From the IMG/VR virus record IMGVR_UViG_3300027744_000019, positions 2,295 to 66,294 of that record: DNA of 64,000 nucleotides; one strand, 5' to 3'. The DNA is from a virus. Taxonomy: Duplodnaviria; Caudoviricetes. How positions within the stretch are numbered: position 1 is the first letter of the stretch; each line of letters begins with the position of its first letter. Under the pieces are notes generated by a model. It was not told the origin of the DNA. It worked only from the letters and a program-made list of their open reading frames with translations, and ran no database searches. Below are positions 48,570-57,579 of this stretch, in pieces. Position numbers and translations under genes: made by a program.

Positions 48570-48594
48570 AATATAGGGGGCTATTACACCCCCT
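48570..48594 (-). terminator. Possible weak terminator after the MoxR gene
   Basis: - strand AGGGGGT-GTAATA-GCCCCCT followed by ATATTTTT. Confidence 0.4.
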
Positions 48595-48600
48595 GGTTAA

Positions 48601-49770
48601 TTACTGAATTGCCATTTTTACTACAGCAGTATCCGCCATTAAAGCAGAGAACTTAACTTTGTTACCGTTTACAATCTCCTTGACCATATAATATCTCAAG
48701 TCATTTGTAAAGCCATCAAACTCAGTAGTAACTTTAGCTAGTCTGTCAATCATAGCTTTAGGAACTGAACCTTTTTCAGCTACAGTAAGTGCATAGTTAA
48801 TTACACGAGTTGCAATTACACTAGAAAGATCTGCACGGAAGTCATCTCCTTCACCAACTGAAGCTAACAAAGCACCTTTTACATATGCTTCATCTTTAGT
48901 AAGCAAATCTTCCGGGGAAATCATCTTGTCAAGCTTGTTATTGATAAACATAGTAAACATGCTAGAGAAATCTGTACCAACAGAACCCTCACCAATCATC
49001 TGAACAAGAGGTAACTCATCTTCAAACTTTGGAATAGAACTAATACCATTAAAGAATGTAGTAATAGATCTTGGATTAACTCTCTGAGTTACAAGTTCTG
49101 GGTGCATCAACATGAAGTTGATACATCTGCCATCAATAGATGCTTTCTCAGCCCACTTAGCCCACACGTTGACATCATACTTCATCTCAACAGAGATAAA
49201 TCTTGTCTTCTGAGCTACGTCAAGACTGGTTACATTATAGTCACCATTGTCTGGATTAGTAGTCAAGATAACATGCCAGTTCTTTGGAAGCTTCCATGAT
49301 ACATATTCTTGGCGGTCCAAGATCTCCATGGTAGCTTGCATAAATCTGTGGTCAGCACGAGTATAGTCATCTAAGATTAGGAAACCACCCTCACCTTTAC
49401 CTTGAATCCACTCAGGAGCAGCATGAGACATTCTCTTATCTGCTACAGTATAACCTGCTTTCATCGCAGCTGGTACTTGAGCTTCAGTAATCCATCTTTG
49501 TTTACCTTCTTGGTTCTTTACTAAGAATTCTTTAACAGGAAAACCAACAAGGTCACCCAACTCCTCAATCTGAGATAGATTAAGTTTTACTACTTCCATA
49601 CCAAGTTCTTTACCTAACTGCAAGATTGCAGAAGTCTTACCAAGACCAGCATCACCCTCAATATTAATAGCCACAGGAATCTTTCCTTCAGACTGAATAT
49701 GTTGATTGTTTTTAACCATGTGACGGATAAAACCTTTTAACTCATCTACGTTCAATTGTACTGTATTCAT
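48601..49770 (-). CDS. MoxR-like AAA+ ATPase
   Basis: Walker A GDAGLGKT, LNLSQIEELGDLVGFP, Walker B FLILDDYTRA, ILTTNP and LDVAQKTRF. Adjacent to a VWA gene. Confidence 0.85.
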   Translation of the reverse strand: MNTVQLNVDELKGFIRHMVKNNQHIQSEGKIPVAINIEGDAGLGKTSAILQLGKELGMEVVKLNLSQIEELGDLVGFPVKEFLVKNQEGKQRWITEAQVPAAMKAGYTVADKRMSHAAPEWIQGKGEGGFLILDDYTRADHRFMQATMEILDRQEYVSWKLPKNWHVILTTNPDNGDYNVTSLDVAQKTRFISVEMKYDVNVWAKWAEKASIDGRCINFMLMHPELVTQRVNPRSITTFFNGISSIPKFEDELPLVQMIGEGSVGTDFSSMFTMFINNKLDKMISPEDLLTKDEAYVKGALLASVGEGDDFRADLSSVIATRVINYALTVAEKGSVPKAMIDRLAKVTTEFDGFTNDLRYYMVKEIVNGNKVKFSALMADTAVVKMAIQ

Positions 49771-49781
49771 AATATTTGTTT

Positions 49782-50522
49782 TTATAATTCTAACTTAATA
49801 ACTTGGCCCTTACACCTAAATCCATGTGTAAGAGCTTTTCTAACTGTGCCTTCATTGGCATTTAATAATAGTGCAGCTTCTTTAATACTTGATACAACAG
49901 TTGTTTCAACTCCATCAAATATGCTAATCTTCTTAATTGAATATGGTTTTCTATTTCTCTTAGAAATACTTGATATAGCATCAAACTTTTCCTTTCTCCA
50001 TTGAAAACCACTAGAAGATTTATAATTTCCACTTGCAGCATCTCCTATGGACTGCTCATTACCGTTAACAGCTAATGCAGCTTCCCTTATACTATTGTAC
50101 TCATTTACATAACAACCATCTAGGGTATATTGATATACCTTAATTGAAGCATGATTGTCCTTACCTAACCTTTTATTAGTGTTAGCCATTCTCAACTTTT
50201 CTTTTGTAATTTCACTTTTTATTCTACTTATAGGATCTCTTTCAGCATTGATATCACATTCATAATAATTAATGTAATGTACTTCTCTCTCAAGATAGTT
50301 CTCACAAAATTCAATAACAGTAAAAGTCATTTCTTCTTTATACAAATTATAGACTCTTTGAAGAAATTCATTGTAATGATTACCTCTCTTTAGAGAATTT
50401 AGATGCTGTTTATACCTAGAGTATATATCAACACTGCTACCCACGTATCTATGGGAATTTGTACTTATGATATACACTCCACACTTCTTATGTATATCCT
50501 GTTTTTGATGTTTTAATTTCAT
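49782..50522 (-). CDS. Free-standing GIY-YIG homing endonuclease with NUMOD3/NUMOD1-like DNA-binding repeats
   Basis: CGVYII...YVGSSVDIYSRYKQH...HYNEFLQRVYN, NUMOD3-like SEITKEKLR, and two NUMOD1-like segments (YNSIREAA; VSSIKEAA). ATG taken at 50522. Confidence 0.85.
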   Translation of the reverse strand: MKLKHQKQDIHKKCGVYIISTNSHRYVGSSVDIYSRYKQHLNSLKRGNHYNEFLQRVYNLYKEEMTFTVIEFCENYLEREVHYINYYECDINAERDPISRIKSEITKEKLRMANTNKRLGKDNHASIKVYQYTLDGCYVNEYNSIREAALAVNGNEQSIGDAASGNYKSSSGFQWRKEKFDAISSISKRNRKPYSIKKISIFDGVETTVVSSIKEAALLLNANEGTVRKALTHGFRCKGQVIKLEL

Positions 50523-50525
50523 ATA

Positions 50526-50533
50526 CAAATATA
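50526..50533 (-). promoter_or_regulatory. Bacteroidota -7 promoter element (TAnnTTTG) directly upstream of the homing endonuclease
   Basis: - strand TATATTTG-TAT-ATG, an exact match to the TAnnTTTG consensus in the short spacer. Confidence 0.5.
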
Positions 50534-50566
50534 CATAAAAAATGTGATTAAGTAATAAAATTGGAA

Positions 50567-51748
50567 TTAAAGTTCAAGTCTGATAACCTGTCCTGGAAGG
50601 TCTTCATTCATGCTTGATTGTTCTGACAAAACCCACAGAACTCTGTTTCTTGGTTTTACAGATGTATAACACTCTCCGTCAGTAAAATACACCAGGCTAG
50701 TATATTTCTTAAGGTTTGCATTGTAATAATCTAGGACGGGATCAAAGTCAGTCCCACCTCTTCCATGTACTTTGAGATCATTCTTGCCTTTGTAGGCTTC
50801 AATAGACCGGATACTTGTATCACATTGTACTATAGTAATATCAACTCCTGCTTTATGTATGTGATGAATCTCATTCATAAACTCAGTAAGTTCTGTATCA
50901 CTAACAGATCCAGAAGTGTCAATAGCCAATAGCATATGTTGCTTCATCTTGATCTTAAGACCAGGATTATCTTCATATCTATAGTTCTCTTTTCTTCGGA
51001 TCTTCTTAGTAAAGATTTTAGTACTTGTACCAGTGAATCTTCTAAGATATCCTTTCCAATCAAATTTAGCTTTGACAACTTCATCTAGAACAATCAGTCC
51101 TTCAATTTCTCCTGGAACATTACCACGTTTCTTAATGGTCTGTTCTTTGGCATCTTTTAGAATTTTCTGTACTTGTTTCTCAATAAGTTTCTTCTCAGCT
51201 TCAGACATGTCTTCAAACTCTTCCCATGTAGAATGATCTGGTATGTCTCCACTTGCAATGTTATCAAGTAGTTTATCCATTTCTTGATCACCACTTGTAC
51301 CATTCTTATCCTTCTCATCTTGAAGGCGGAGAAGCTGGTCATAGTAATATCTACAACCAGCCTTTCTATCTAGTTGAATGTCTGTATAGTCATCAATGTT
51401 GATACCTCCTTCTGGCAGCCAAGAGGCTTCAATATACTGATTAATTTCCATATCCATGGCAACATTTGCAAGTTTTTTGTTGCTAAAAGAACCAAAACTT
51501 ACAAGGTGACCAAATGCAATATGGAGTAATTCATGTTTCAGTAAGCCTGTCTTATGATCATCACTTAGACTATTCCAGAATTCTTCATTAATAGCCAATT
51601 GATAATTAATATTCTGCTTACTTACACCTGCAGTAGGGAGATCTTTTCTCCATACTTTATTCAACATAATGAGAAAGAACCCGTAATAGGGCTCTTTCAA
51701 CATTAGTTCTTTACTAATTTTACTAAGACTCCGTGCTTTGTCCATCAT
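50567..51748 (-). CDS. VWA-domain protein with N-terminal HExxH metallopeptidase-like domain (DUF2201-like)
   Basis: LLKHELLHIAFGH, NVAMDMEINQ, MIDAS LAIDTSGSVS, GRGGTDF and YFTDGE. Confidence 0.85.
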   Translation of the reverse strand: MMDKARSLSKISKELMLKEPYYGFFLIMLNKVWRKDLPTAGVSKQNINYQLAINEEFWNSLSDDHKTGLLKHELLHIAFGHLVSFGSFSNKKLANVAMDMEINQYIEASWLPEGGINIDDYTDIQLDRKAGCRYYYDQLLRLQDEKDKNGTSGDQEMDKLLDNIASGDIPDHSTWEEFEDMSEAEKKLIEKQVQKILKDAKEQTIKKRGNVPGEIEGLIVLDEVVKAKFDWKGYLRRFTGTSTKIFTKKIRRKENYRYEDNPGLKIKMKQHMLLAIDTSGSVSDTELTEFMNEIHHIHKAGVDITIVQCDTSIRSIEAYKGKNDLKVHGRGGTDFDPVLDYYNANLKKYTSLVYFTDGECYTSVKPRNRVLWVLSEQSSMNEDLPGQVIRLEL

Positions 51749-52130
51749 CTTTAATTTTCACATCAATGCTTATTTGATTCATATCATAACCTATCTGACC
51801 CAACATGCTTGTTAGATCTCTGACAAAGTTTTCTATGAATAGCTCAACCAAAAGCTTATCGGCTTTGTATGTAGTTAATAATCCTAGTACTCTTGCACTA
51901 GATAATGACCCTATCTGTTCAGATATAACGGGTAAAACTATCTTATAAGATTTTGGTGCTTGTTTACCCCAAACTGTAGAATCTTTTTTAGAATACTTAT
52001 ATAATACAATTAGCTCTGCTATACTCAAACCACTGTTCTCTATTACTTCAAAAGCAATAGTATGGTTATCTGCATCACTAGAGTTAAACATAGAAATCAG
52101 ATTGTTCAATTCAGCTTTACTTAGTTTCAT
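51723..52130 (-). CDS. Hypothetical protein with MFxSxDxDN motif
   Basis: 135 aa. The N-terminus LISMFNSSDADNHTIAFEVIENS matches the motif in 47269..48561. Confidence 0.7.
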   Translation of the reverse strand: MKLSKAELNNLISMFNSSDADNHTIAFEVIENSGLSIAELIVLYKYSKKDSTVWGKQAPKSYKIVLPVISEQIGSLSSARVLGLLTTYKADKLLVELFIENFVRDLTSMLGQIGYDMNQISIDVKIKDDGQSTES

Positions 52131-52471
52131 TAGTCTTCAATTTTAAGTGTCTTAATCATCCATTCTGTGGGTTTATTAATATTATCAACCCACTCTTTTG
52201 CACTTGGGATATATCCATTGCAGTCTTCTTTTACGTGCTGCTCTCCAATATATCTTACGTACACTTTCTTACCATCAGAGTTTTCAATGATCTGGCCAAA
52301 GATCTTTTCACATTCAAATATGCCCTCACTGTGGTGACGGAACATTCTGTGTTTACTATGGCCAATCCAAGCCTTTGTAGCATCAAACCACTCATGGATC
52401 TCTAGATAGTCTAACCAAGAACCACCAAACTTTCTAGCTGATGATTTTGCATGTTCTACAGGATGTGACAT
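52130..52471 (-). CDS. DUF6915-like protein
   Basis: HPxxHAKSSARKFGG...IHEWFDATK...HRMFRHHSEG...IGEQHVKED, a His-rich pattern I recognise as this family. Confidence 0.75.
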   Translation of the reverse strand: MSHPVEHAKSSARKFGGSWLDYLEIHEWFDATKAWIGHSKHRMFRHHSEGIFECEKIFGQIIENSDGKKVYVRYIGEQHVKEDCNGYIPSAKEWVDNINKPTEWMIKTLKIED

Positions 52472-52890
52472 TAGTCTAGAGATTTATTTATTAAGGATCC
52501 TTCATGTGTATATGTATCAACTTCAGTAACTCTAATATTATTCATTACATCATACTTACCAGATGGTACTAGAATACACATTGTACCATAACCACCTTCA
52601 TTATTCCACCAATCTTCTACATCATTTAGAATCTTTTCCTCAGCAAAATTTTCAATATCAGAAGATAAACCAGAATCAAGATTTCTTAAATACTTAGCTC
52701 CTTCTTCCCAAGAATTAAGAGATCTAAGTTTATCAAAAGCTTTTTCTTCATCTTCAGGAAGTTTATCTGTTGTATAAAGTACTTCATCTATACAGCCAGA
52801 GTCTCCACTACCTTCATAATATATCTGGATACCAGTCACACCAAGGTCAGCCAACTGAATCAGGAGGCTTGTCATCATTGTTTCATTCAT
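52471..52890 (-). CDS. DUF6878-like protein
   Basis: GVTGIQIYYEGSGDSG...WWNNEGGYG motifs. Acidic. Confidence 0.7.
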   Translation of the reverse strand: MNETMMTSLLIQLADLGVTGIQIYYEGSGDSGCIDEVLYTTDKLPEDEEKAFDKLRSLNSWEEGAKYLRNLDSGLSSDIENFAEEKILNDVEDWWNNEGGYGTMCILVPSGKYDVMNNIRVTEVDTYTHEGSLINKSLD

Positions 52891-52892
52891 AA

Positions 52893-53318
52893 CTATTTAA
52901 TTTTGTAAAACCTGCCAAGGATATTGGCATTTAAATATTCTTCTTTTTCTAGCACCTCTCTTGTAAATTGGTACTTGGTCTCATGATATGTTAGTTCTGT
53001 CTTAGAAAAACAGATTCTTACCATGAACCTTTTAATGGGAACACCATTCTTATGTGCATCTTGTAGCACTTTATTGCTACTATAGTAGTTCTGATAGTTA
53101 GGTTTTACCTGGATAGTGTATTTCTTTGCACGTTTGTCTTCCATATTAGCAAGAGCTTTTACTCCAAACTTTTTCTTAGTTGTGGAATAGAAGTTCTTCT
53201 TACCAACATACCTAACAGACTTACCATCTATGATAGTTTCCATTTCATATATAAACCCAATGGCTCCTTCTGGAATCTTGCTGTCATTAAATACTTCTCC
53301 TTTGTATAACCAACTCAT
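52893..53318 (-). CDS. Short GIY-YIG nuclease-fold protein
   Basis: GFIY...RYVGKK...NYYSS...LTYHE...YLNANI, with no appended DNA-binding repeats. Confidence 0.65.
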   Translation of the reverse strand: MSWLYKGEVFNDSKIPEGAIGFIYEMETIIDGKSVRYVGKKNFYSTTKKKFGVKALANMEDKRAKKYTIQVKPNYQNYYSSNKVLQDAHKNGVPIKRFMVRICFSKTELTYHETKYQFTREVLEKEEYLNANILGRFYKIK

Positions 53319-54292
53319 ACTGCTTGTTTTAGTAAAGATAATAATTTGTCTCTAACTATCTCTATACCATGGTCTTTAACAGAATCTGATAGATCCTTAG
53401 ACATCTCAAGATTAATAGCTTTAATACTGTACTTATCTGTATATCTCTGAGCAGCCTTAATACCGGGCTCATCATTATCAAACAGTACAATTATCTTAGA
53501 ATATTTCTCTTGAAGCTTACCTATAATAGATTCTCCAATCATTGTATTCTCACTGTCCGGAGCAATACATTCTATATTACCAATACCAAGCTTCTTAAAA
53601 CTCATAAGATCTTTAAGAGATGATACAATCAGCAAATACTTACAATCATACTGTAGTTGATCCATACCTTGAGTATAGTTCTGGATCTTAATAAACTTTT
53701 TCTCAGGAACCCTTGGCATATAAATTTTATAGAGCTCACCATCATTACGGAAATAACCATAAACATAGGGTCTAGAAAACTTATAGCTTGTGATAGAACC
53801 ATCTGGTTCAGTCTTAGACATTGTAAAGAACTCTAGTGGAACTACATTATACTGACTTAAGATACTAGAACTAATTTTAAATTGTGTCCAGTACTTTTGG
53901 TCTAGTGTATTCCAGTGTCTCATTTCAAAGTCTACAACCTTGAACTTATCATAGAACTGTATAGGACCTCTTTCTGCAGGTGCATTATGTTTTAAATACT
54001 CCTGATAATCGGTCATTATTCTATTAACTGCCTTAAATCTGGCATCATAATTAAATAAACACTTAACAAGTTCTATTTGGTCACCTTGAAATCCTGAAGA
54101 AAAATCCTTGAACTTATACTTACCATCATCTTGATAGACAAACATGCTAGGCACTTTATCTTTAATATTAAATGCAGATAGCATCTTAATATTTTGTCCT
54201 GTAAGTCTTTCTTTTAAGTTCAAATAATACTCAAATACCCATTCTCTGGGTACTTCTTCCAAATCAGATATTAAATTCCTTGTTGAAATCAT
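53315..54292 (-). CDS. DNA primase (TOPRIM), crAss-type
   Basis: Start moved to MISTRNL (54292). IVSSLKDLMS, APDSEN, VLFDNDEPG (DxD) and KDLSD motifs. N-terminal ZBD-like region without Cys ligands. Confidence 0.8.
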   Translation of the reverse strand: MISTRNLISDLEEVPREWVFEYYLNLKERLTGQNIKMLSAFNIKDKVPSMFVYQDDGKYKFKDFSSGFQGDQIELVKCLFNYDARFKAVNRIMTDYQEYLKHNAPAERGPIQFYDKFKVVDFEMRHWNTLDQKYWTQFKISSSILSQYNVVPLEFFTMSKTEPDGSITSYKFSRPYVYGYFRNDGELYKIYMPRVPEKKFIKIQNYTQGMDQLQYDCKYLLIVSSLKDLMSFKKLGIGNIECIAPDSENTMIGESIIGKLQEKYSKIIVLFDNDEPGIKAAQRYTDKYSIKAINLEMSKDLSDSVKDHGIEIVRDKLLSLLKQAV

Positions 54293-54306
54293 AACCAATA
54301 AAATAT

Positions 54307-54373
54307 AAAGGGGGAGCGCCTGATTTAGTTTAAAATCTTGGTTAGACAATAATTAATACTAAACTCCCCCTTT
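54307..54373. other. Long intergenic stem-loop between the SSB-like and primase genes
   Basis: AAAGGGGGAG (54307-54316) pairs with CTCCCCCTTT (54364-54373). Inner TTTAGT/ACTAAA stem after a 7-nt bulge. Confidence 0.55.
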
Positions 54374-54387
54374 AAAGAGAGTAAGTA

Positions 54388-55071
54388 TTAATCTAAACTA
54401 AAGTCAGATGATGTCTTAGGTTTTGTAAACACATCATCATCATCCCCGAAAGATTTAACTTCTTTAACTTCTAATTTTTTAAGATGTTTTGCTTCATCAT
54501 ATCTGATTACAGAACCACCATCTTCTTCACCATAGGCATATTTCTTGCCTTCAGCTTTTGGAAGCCACATGTCATAATTAGTATAACCAGTTTTGCCTTC
54601 GTATTCTTTACCAGCTACACAGAACTCAAGATACTTTTCTCTAAAGTCTGCAGTCTTGTTGAATGCTTTAACAAAATCTTGGATTGTTTCATGCTTACCG
54701 TCTTGTTGAAGGAACCAATCATCAATCTGAAGAGTATGAGCCAAAGTTCTTAAGAAGATCAAGATAGATCTATCTCTCTGAATTTTAATACCAGATTTAG
54801 TCTCACCATCTGCAAATGCATATTGACTTGCTTTAACTCTACCAATCTGACCTCTGTAACGTCCTTTACTTTCATCATCTTTATCAATCATGAAACCTTC
54901 AAAACCATCAATAGGTGCAGTTTCTGTATGTAACATCAGATGATATGCACCATCAATAAACTTGAAATCCTCAAGCTCAATATTGTTAATCTTCAATACA
55001 TGGTTACCTGGTGAAATTGTTTTTGGTAGGCCTGTGCCTTCTTTACCCAAATCAGTTGTGCTTAATGCCAT
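54388..55071 (-). CDS. Putative single-stranded DNA-binding protein
   Basis: Start MALSTTDL (55071). It lies between primase and the AAA_24 gene, has an aromatic/beta-rich core and an acidic tail ending DDDDVF...DFSLD. The call rests largely on context. Confidence 0.5.
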   Translation of the reverse strand: MALSTTDLGKEGTGLPKTISPGNHVLKINNIELEDFKFIDGAYHLMLHTETAPIDGFEGFMIDKDDESKGRYRGQIGRVKASQYAFADGETKSGIKIQRDRSILIFLRTLAHTLQIDDWFLQQDGKHETIQDFVKAFNKTADFREKYLEFCVAGKEYEGKTGYTNYDMWLPKAEGKKYAYGEEDGGSVIRYDEAKHLKKLEVKEVKSFGDDDDVFTKPKTSSDFSLD

Positions 55072-55090
55072 TTTTCTTAAAATTAAATTA

Positions 55091-55813
55091 TTAAATAAAA
55101 ACTTTGTCCCAGTGAAATTGTAATTCACCTGACTCAGTCATTTCTGTTACTACTATTTCTTCATTACGTAAGTGATCAGGTCTTGCACCGCAAGTTACTT
55201 CTTCACTTGTTTTAAATGATAAAATAGTTTTATTTCCTTTTCTATACATGTAGCCAATTGCATCTGCGTTAGCACAGATTAGAGACTTAATCTTACCTGT
55301 CAAATCAATATTTGCAGCAAGAACCATCTCACCCTTATCATCTACCTGTTTGTCTTTAATGTGACCAGATAAAATAATATGGGGTGCTAATGTATCAATA
55401 AAATCTAAAACTTGAAAGAAAGCTTGTCTTAAATATAGATATCCTGCACCGTTAGGTAAGGACAAGACATTATCTCCATCATAGTTTTTACCCATACTAG
55501 TAGCACGGTACAGTTTGATAGCCAACGGCATAACCATATCTTCTAATGCAGTTACAGTATCTATTGTAACATACTTATATGGTTTACCCGCTTCTTTGAT
55601 TGCCTTTCCTGTTTCAAGCAACTCTTGCAAAGAAGTAATCTTTACTTTGAGAGCTTCTACATAATCAGCACCATTTTCTAAATCAATCAATAAATTATTC
55701 TCAAGACCAGCAAATGCTGTGGTCTTTCCAGTCTTTGGCTTAGAATAGATAATTAATCTTTTAGGATTAACTCTTTCTGCCGCAACTTTTTTAGTTGGAA
55801 GTACTATACTCAT
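55091..55813 (-). CDS. AAA_24 family NTPase (Sak4-like recombination protein)
   Basis: LIIYSKPKTGKTT, LIDLENG, VTIDTVTALED and ADAIGYMYR. Confidence 0.75.
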   Translation of the reverse strand: MSIVLPTKKVAAERVNPKRLIIYSKPKTGKTTAFAGLENNLLIDLENGADYVEALKVKITSLQELLETGKAIKEAGKPYKYVTIDTVTALEDMVMPLAIKLYRATSMGKNYDGDNVLSLPNGAGYLYLRQAFFQVLDFIDTLAPHIILSGHIKDKQVDDKGEMVLAANIDLTGKIKSLICANADAIGYMYRKGNKTILSFKTSEEVTCGARPDHLRNEEIVVTEMTESGELQFHWDKVFI

Positions 55814-56400
55814 TACTTAAGTTTTTGTGCTAGTTTCTGAAAGTCTGTTGCAATTCTTAAAAGAATATCAGATGCAGATTCATCAAGAGATAATTCTTCC
55901 TTAGTTTCTTTGAGCTTAGGAATAAATTCATTTTCAAAATCTGGAAATACAGATAAACTTACTTGCTCTTTAGGAGCTTCAGCTTTTCTTTTCTCATAAA
56001 GATTGTAAGTAATCTCAGAACCATCCGGCATAATAACCATTAACTCAGACAATGGAATTGTATAAGCAAAATAGTTATCACCATTAGAGTTAGTACCTTC
56101 TTTTACATCATACTCTTCAGCAAAGTAAGGATTAGATTTGTACTTGAATAAAGGTCTGTCTTCAAATGCTGATTCAATACCTATTTCTTTCCCATTAATA
56201 TCTCTATTAACATCAATGAACTCAATGAAGATGTCTTCATTTCTTTTTAGTTCACCTTCAAATAGCTGTACTTGCCTGCCATACTTACCTTTCTGAAAGA
56301 AGGCAGTCTTTAGGACAAAGAAAGGGTCAGCTATTTGAGCTTTTCTAAACTTATCCGTGTGATAAGTAAAGAACTCTTTTTCTTTTTCTTTTCTACTCAT
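55813..56400 (-). CDS. Hypothetical protein
   Basis: 195-aa ORF with stop/start overlap to its neighbour. Confidence 0.75.
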   Translation of the reverse strand: MSRKEKEKEFFTYHTDKFRKAQIADPFFVLKTAFFQKGKYGRQVQLFEGELKRNEDIFIEFIDVNRDINGKEIGIESAFEDRPLFKYKSNPYFAEEYDVKEGTNSNGDNYFAYTIPLSELMVIMPDGSEITYNLYEKRKAEAPKEQVSLSVFPDFENEFIPKLKETKEELSLDESASDILLRIATDFQKLAQKLK

Positions 56401-56402
56401 AA

Positions 56403-57398
56403 TTATAATTTAAGTTTTGTTGCTTGTGGAGGTGTTTCTATTTCAACTATCCTCATGTTCTCTCTATCTAGCTTAAAGAAGCTTAACCTAGTTGTTCCAT
56501 TCCTAGATTTTAAGAAGTGAAATGCAAGAAGATCTTCATCATTCACTATAAATCTTTCAGGACCATAGAATCTAATCTTTCTGATAGCTGGTTTATTAAT
56601 ACCAAGTACTACATCAGCATGTTGTAATAGAGCATCTGCTCCAAATAAATCAGAATCTAATACATAATTCCCATAGTCACCATCTTTGGATCTGTCTGGA
56701 TTATCTATATTCCTATTCAGCTGACTCAAGACAAGAAATGCCACAGGATAATGCTTCTTCATATATGTTAGAGCTTCCCCTAGAGCATATAATACTTCAA
56801 ACTTATCTCTCTGACCTTTTCCTACTTTAAGTAGCGCTGAGTGGTCAATAGTAACCAGAGCATTTGTGTAGTTACCCTGTTCATCTTTGTGAGCTTCCAT
56901 ATAATAATGTATAGTAGCACACATCTCATCAACGGTACACGGATCATATACTACATCTATGACATCAGTCTTCTCAGTTTCCTCATAGTACTGTACACAT
57001 CTTAAGTATAGATCCTTATCCACGGGTTCCCCCTTGCTCATTAATGTATTGTAATCAGAAGCAGTATTCAGACTCAGCTTTCTGATACCATTGGTTTCAT
57101 CAAGCATTTCAAACTGGAACTTAAGTACTCTAAACTTATGGTCTTTATTCTCTTCAATAATATCAGAGATTAATTGTTCCATAAATAGAGTCTTACCTGT
57201 TCCCGGTCTAGCACCAACTACGGTGATAGTTCTCCATTCCAATCCATCACAGAAGGCATCATTAAATTTGGGCCATGAGCTTTTGAGTGATTTTAGCTCA
57301 CCAGATCTTCTAGCCTTCATCTTAAGAAGGGCTTTTCTAAGAGCGTCTCTCTCACTCACAGGCTTCAGAGCCCGGGCACCGTTATATAATTCCGCCAT
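56403..57398 (-). CDS. dnaB: Replicative DnaB-like (SF4) helicase, C-terminal motor only
   Basis: VVGARPGTGKT, FQFEM, VTIDHSALL, LSQLNR, DLFGADALLQHAD and KSRNG. Confidence 0.9.
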   Translation of the reverse strand: MAELYNGARALKPVSERDALRKALLKMKARRSGELKSLKSSWPKFNDAFCDGLEWRTITVVGARPGTGKTLFMEQLISDIIEENKDHKFRVLKFQFEMLDETNGIRKLSLNTASDYNTLMSKGEPVDKDLYLRCVQYYEETEKTDVIDVVYDPCTVDEMCATIHYYMEAHKDEQGNYTNALVTIDHSALLKVGKGQRDKFEVLYALGEALTYMKKHYPVAFLVLSQLNRNIDNPDRSKDGDYGNYVLDSDLFGADALLQHADVVLGINKPAIRKIRFYGPERFIVNDEDLLAFHFLKSRNGTTRLSFFKLDRENMRIVEIETPPQATKLKL

Positions 57399-57408
57399 AA
57401 TAAAGGAT

Positions 57409-57579
57409 TTATTCTGTAAATCTAAGCTTCATATCATTATAGATATAATGTGAAAAGCCTACTATAAACTCAATTGCCAAGAACTGCAAGATATTCATAT
57501 CTACAAGAACAGTCTTAACTAACAGCCAGGATGCTAAAGTACCTATAGCTGCAATAAGAAATAATTTAAATCTAATCAT
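57409..57579 (-). CDS. Small two-TM membrane protein (56 aa; not in ORF track)
   Basis: Translated by hand: MIRFKLFLIAAIGTLASWLLVKTVLVDMNILQFLAIEFIVGFSHYIYNDMKLRFTE*. ATGA overlap with the upstream gene. Confidence 0.65.
   Translation of the reverse strand: MIRFKLFLIAAIGTLASWLLVKTVLVDMNILQFLAIEFIVGFSHYIYNDMKLRFTE

Larger units (their letters stand above)
49782..50595 (-). mobile_element. Homing-endonuclease cassette inserted at the 3' end of the VWA gene, carrying a duplicate of its last 8 codons
   Basis: The VWA gene ends GQVIRLEL* (gga cag gtt atc aga ctt gaa ctt taa). The endonuclease ends GQVIKLEL* (ggc caa gtt att aag tta gaa tta taa). The exact element boundary is uncertain. Confidence 0.7.

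Noticed and set aside
49782-50566. Group I intron in the VWA gene with GQVIKLEL as exon 2
   Set aside because: The VWA gene already has a complete in-frame end and stop. Only about 40 nt of non-coding sequence is available, far too little for a ribozyme core.
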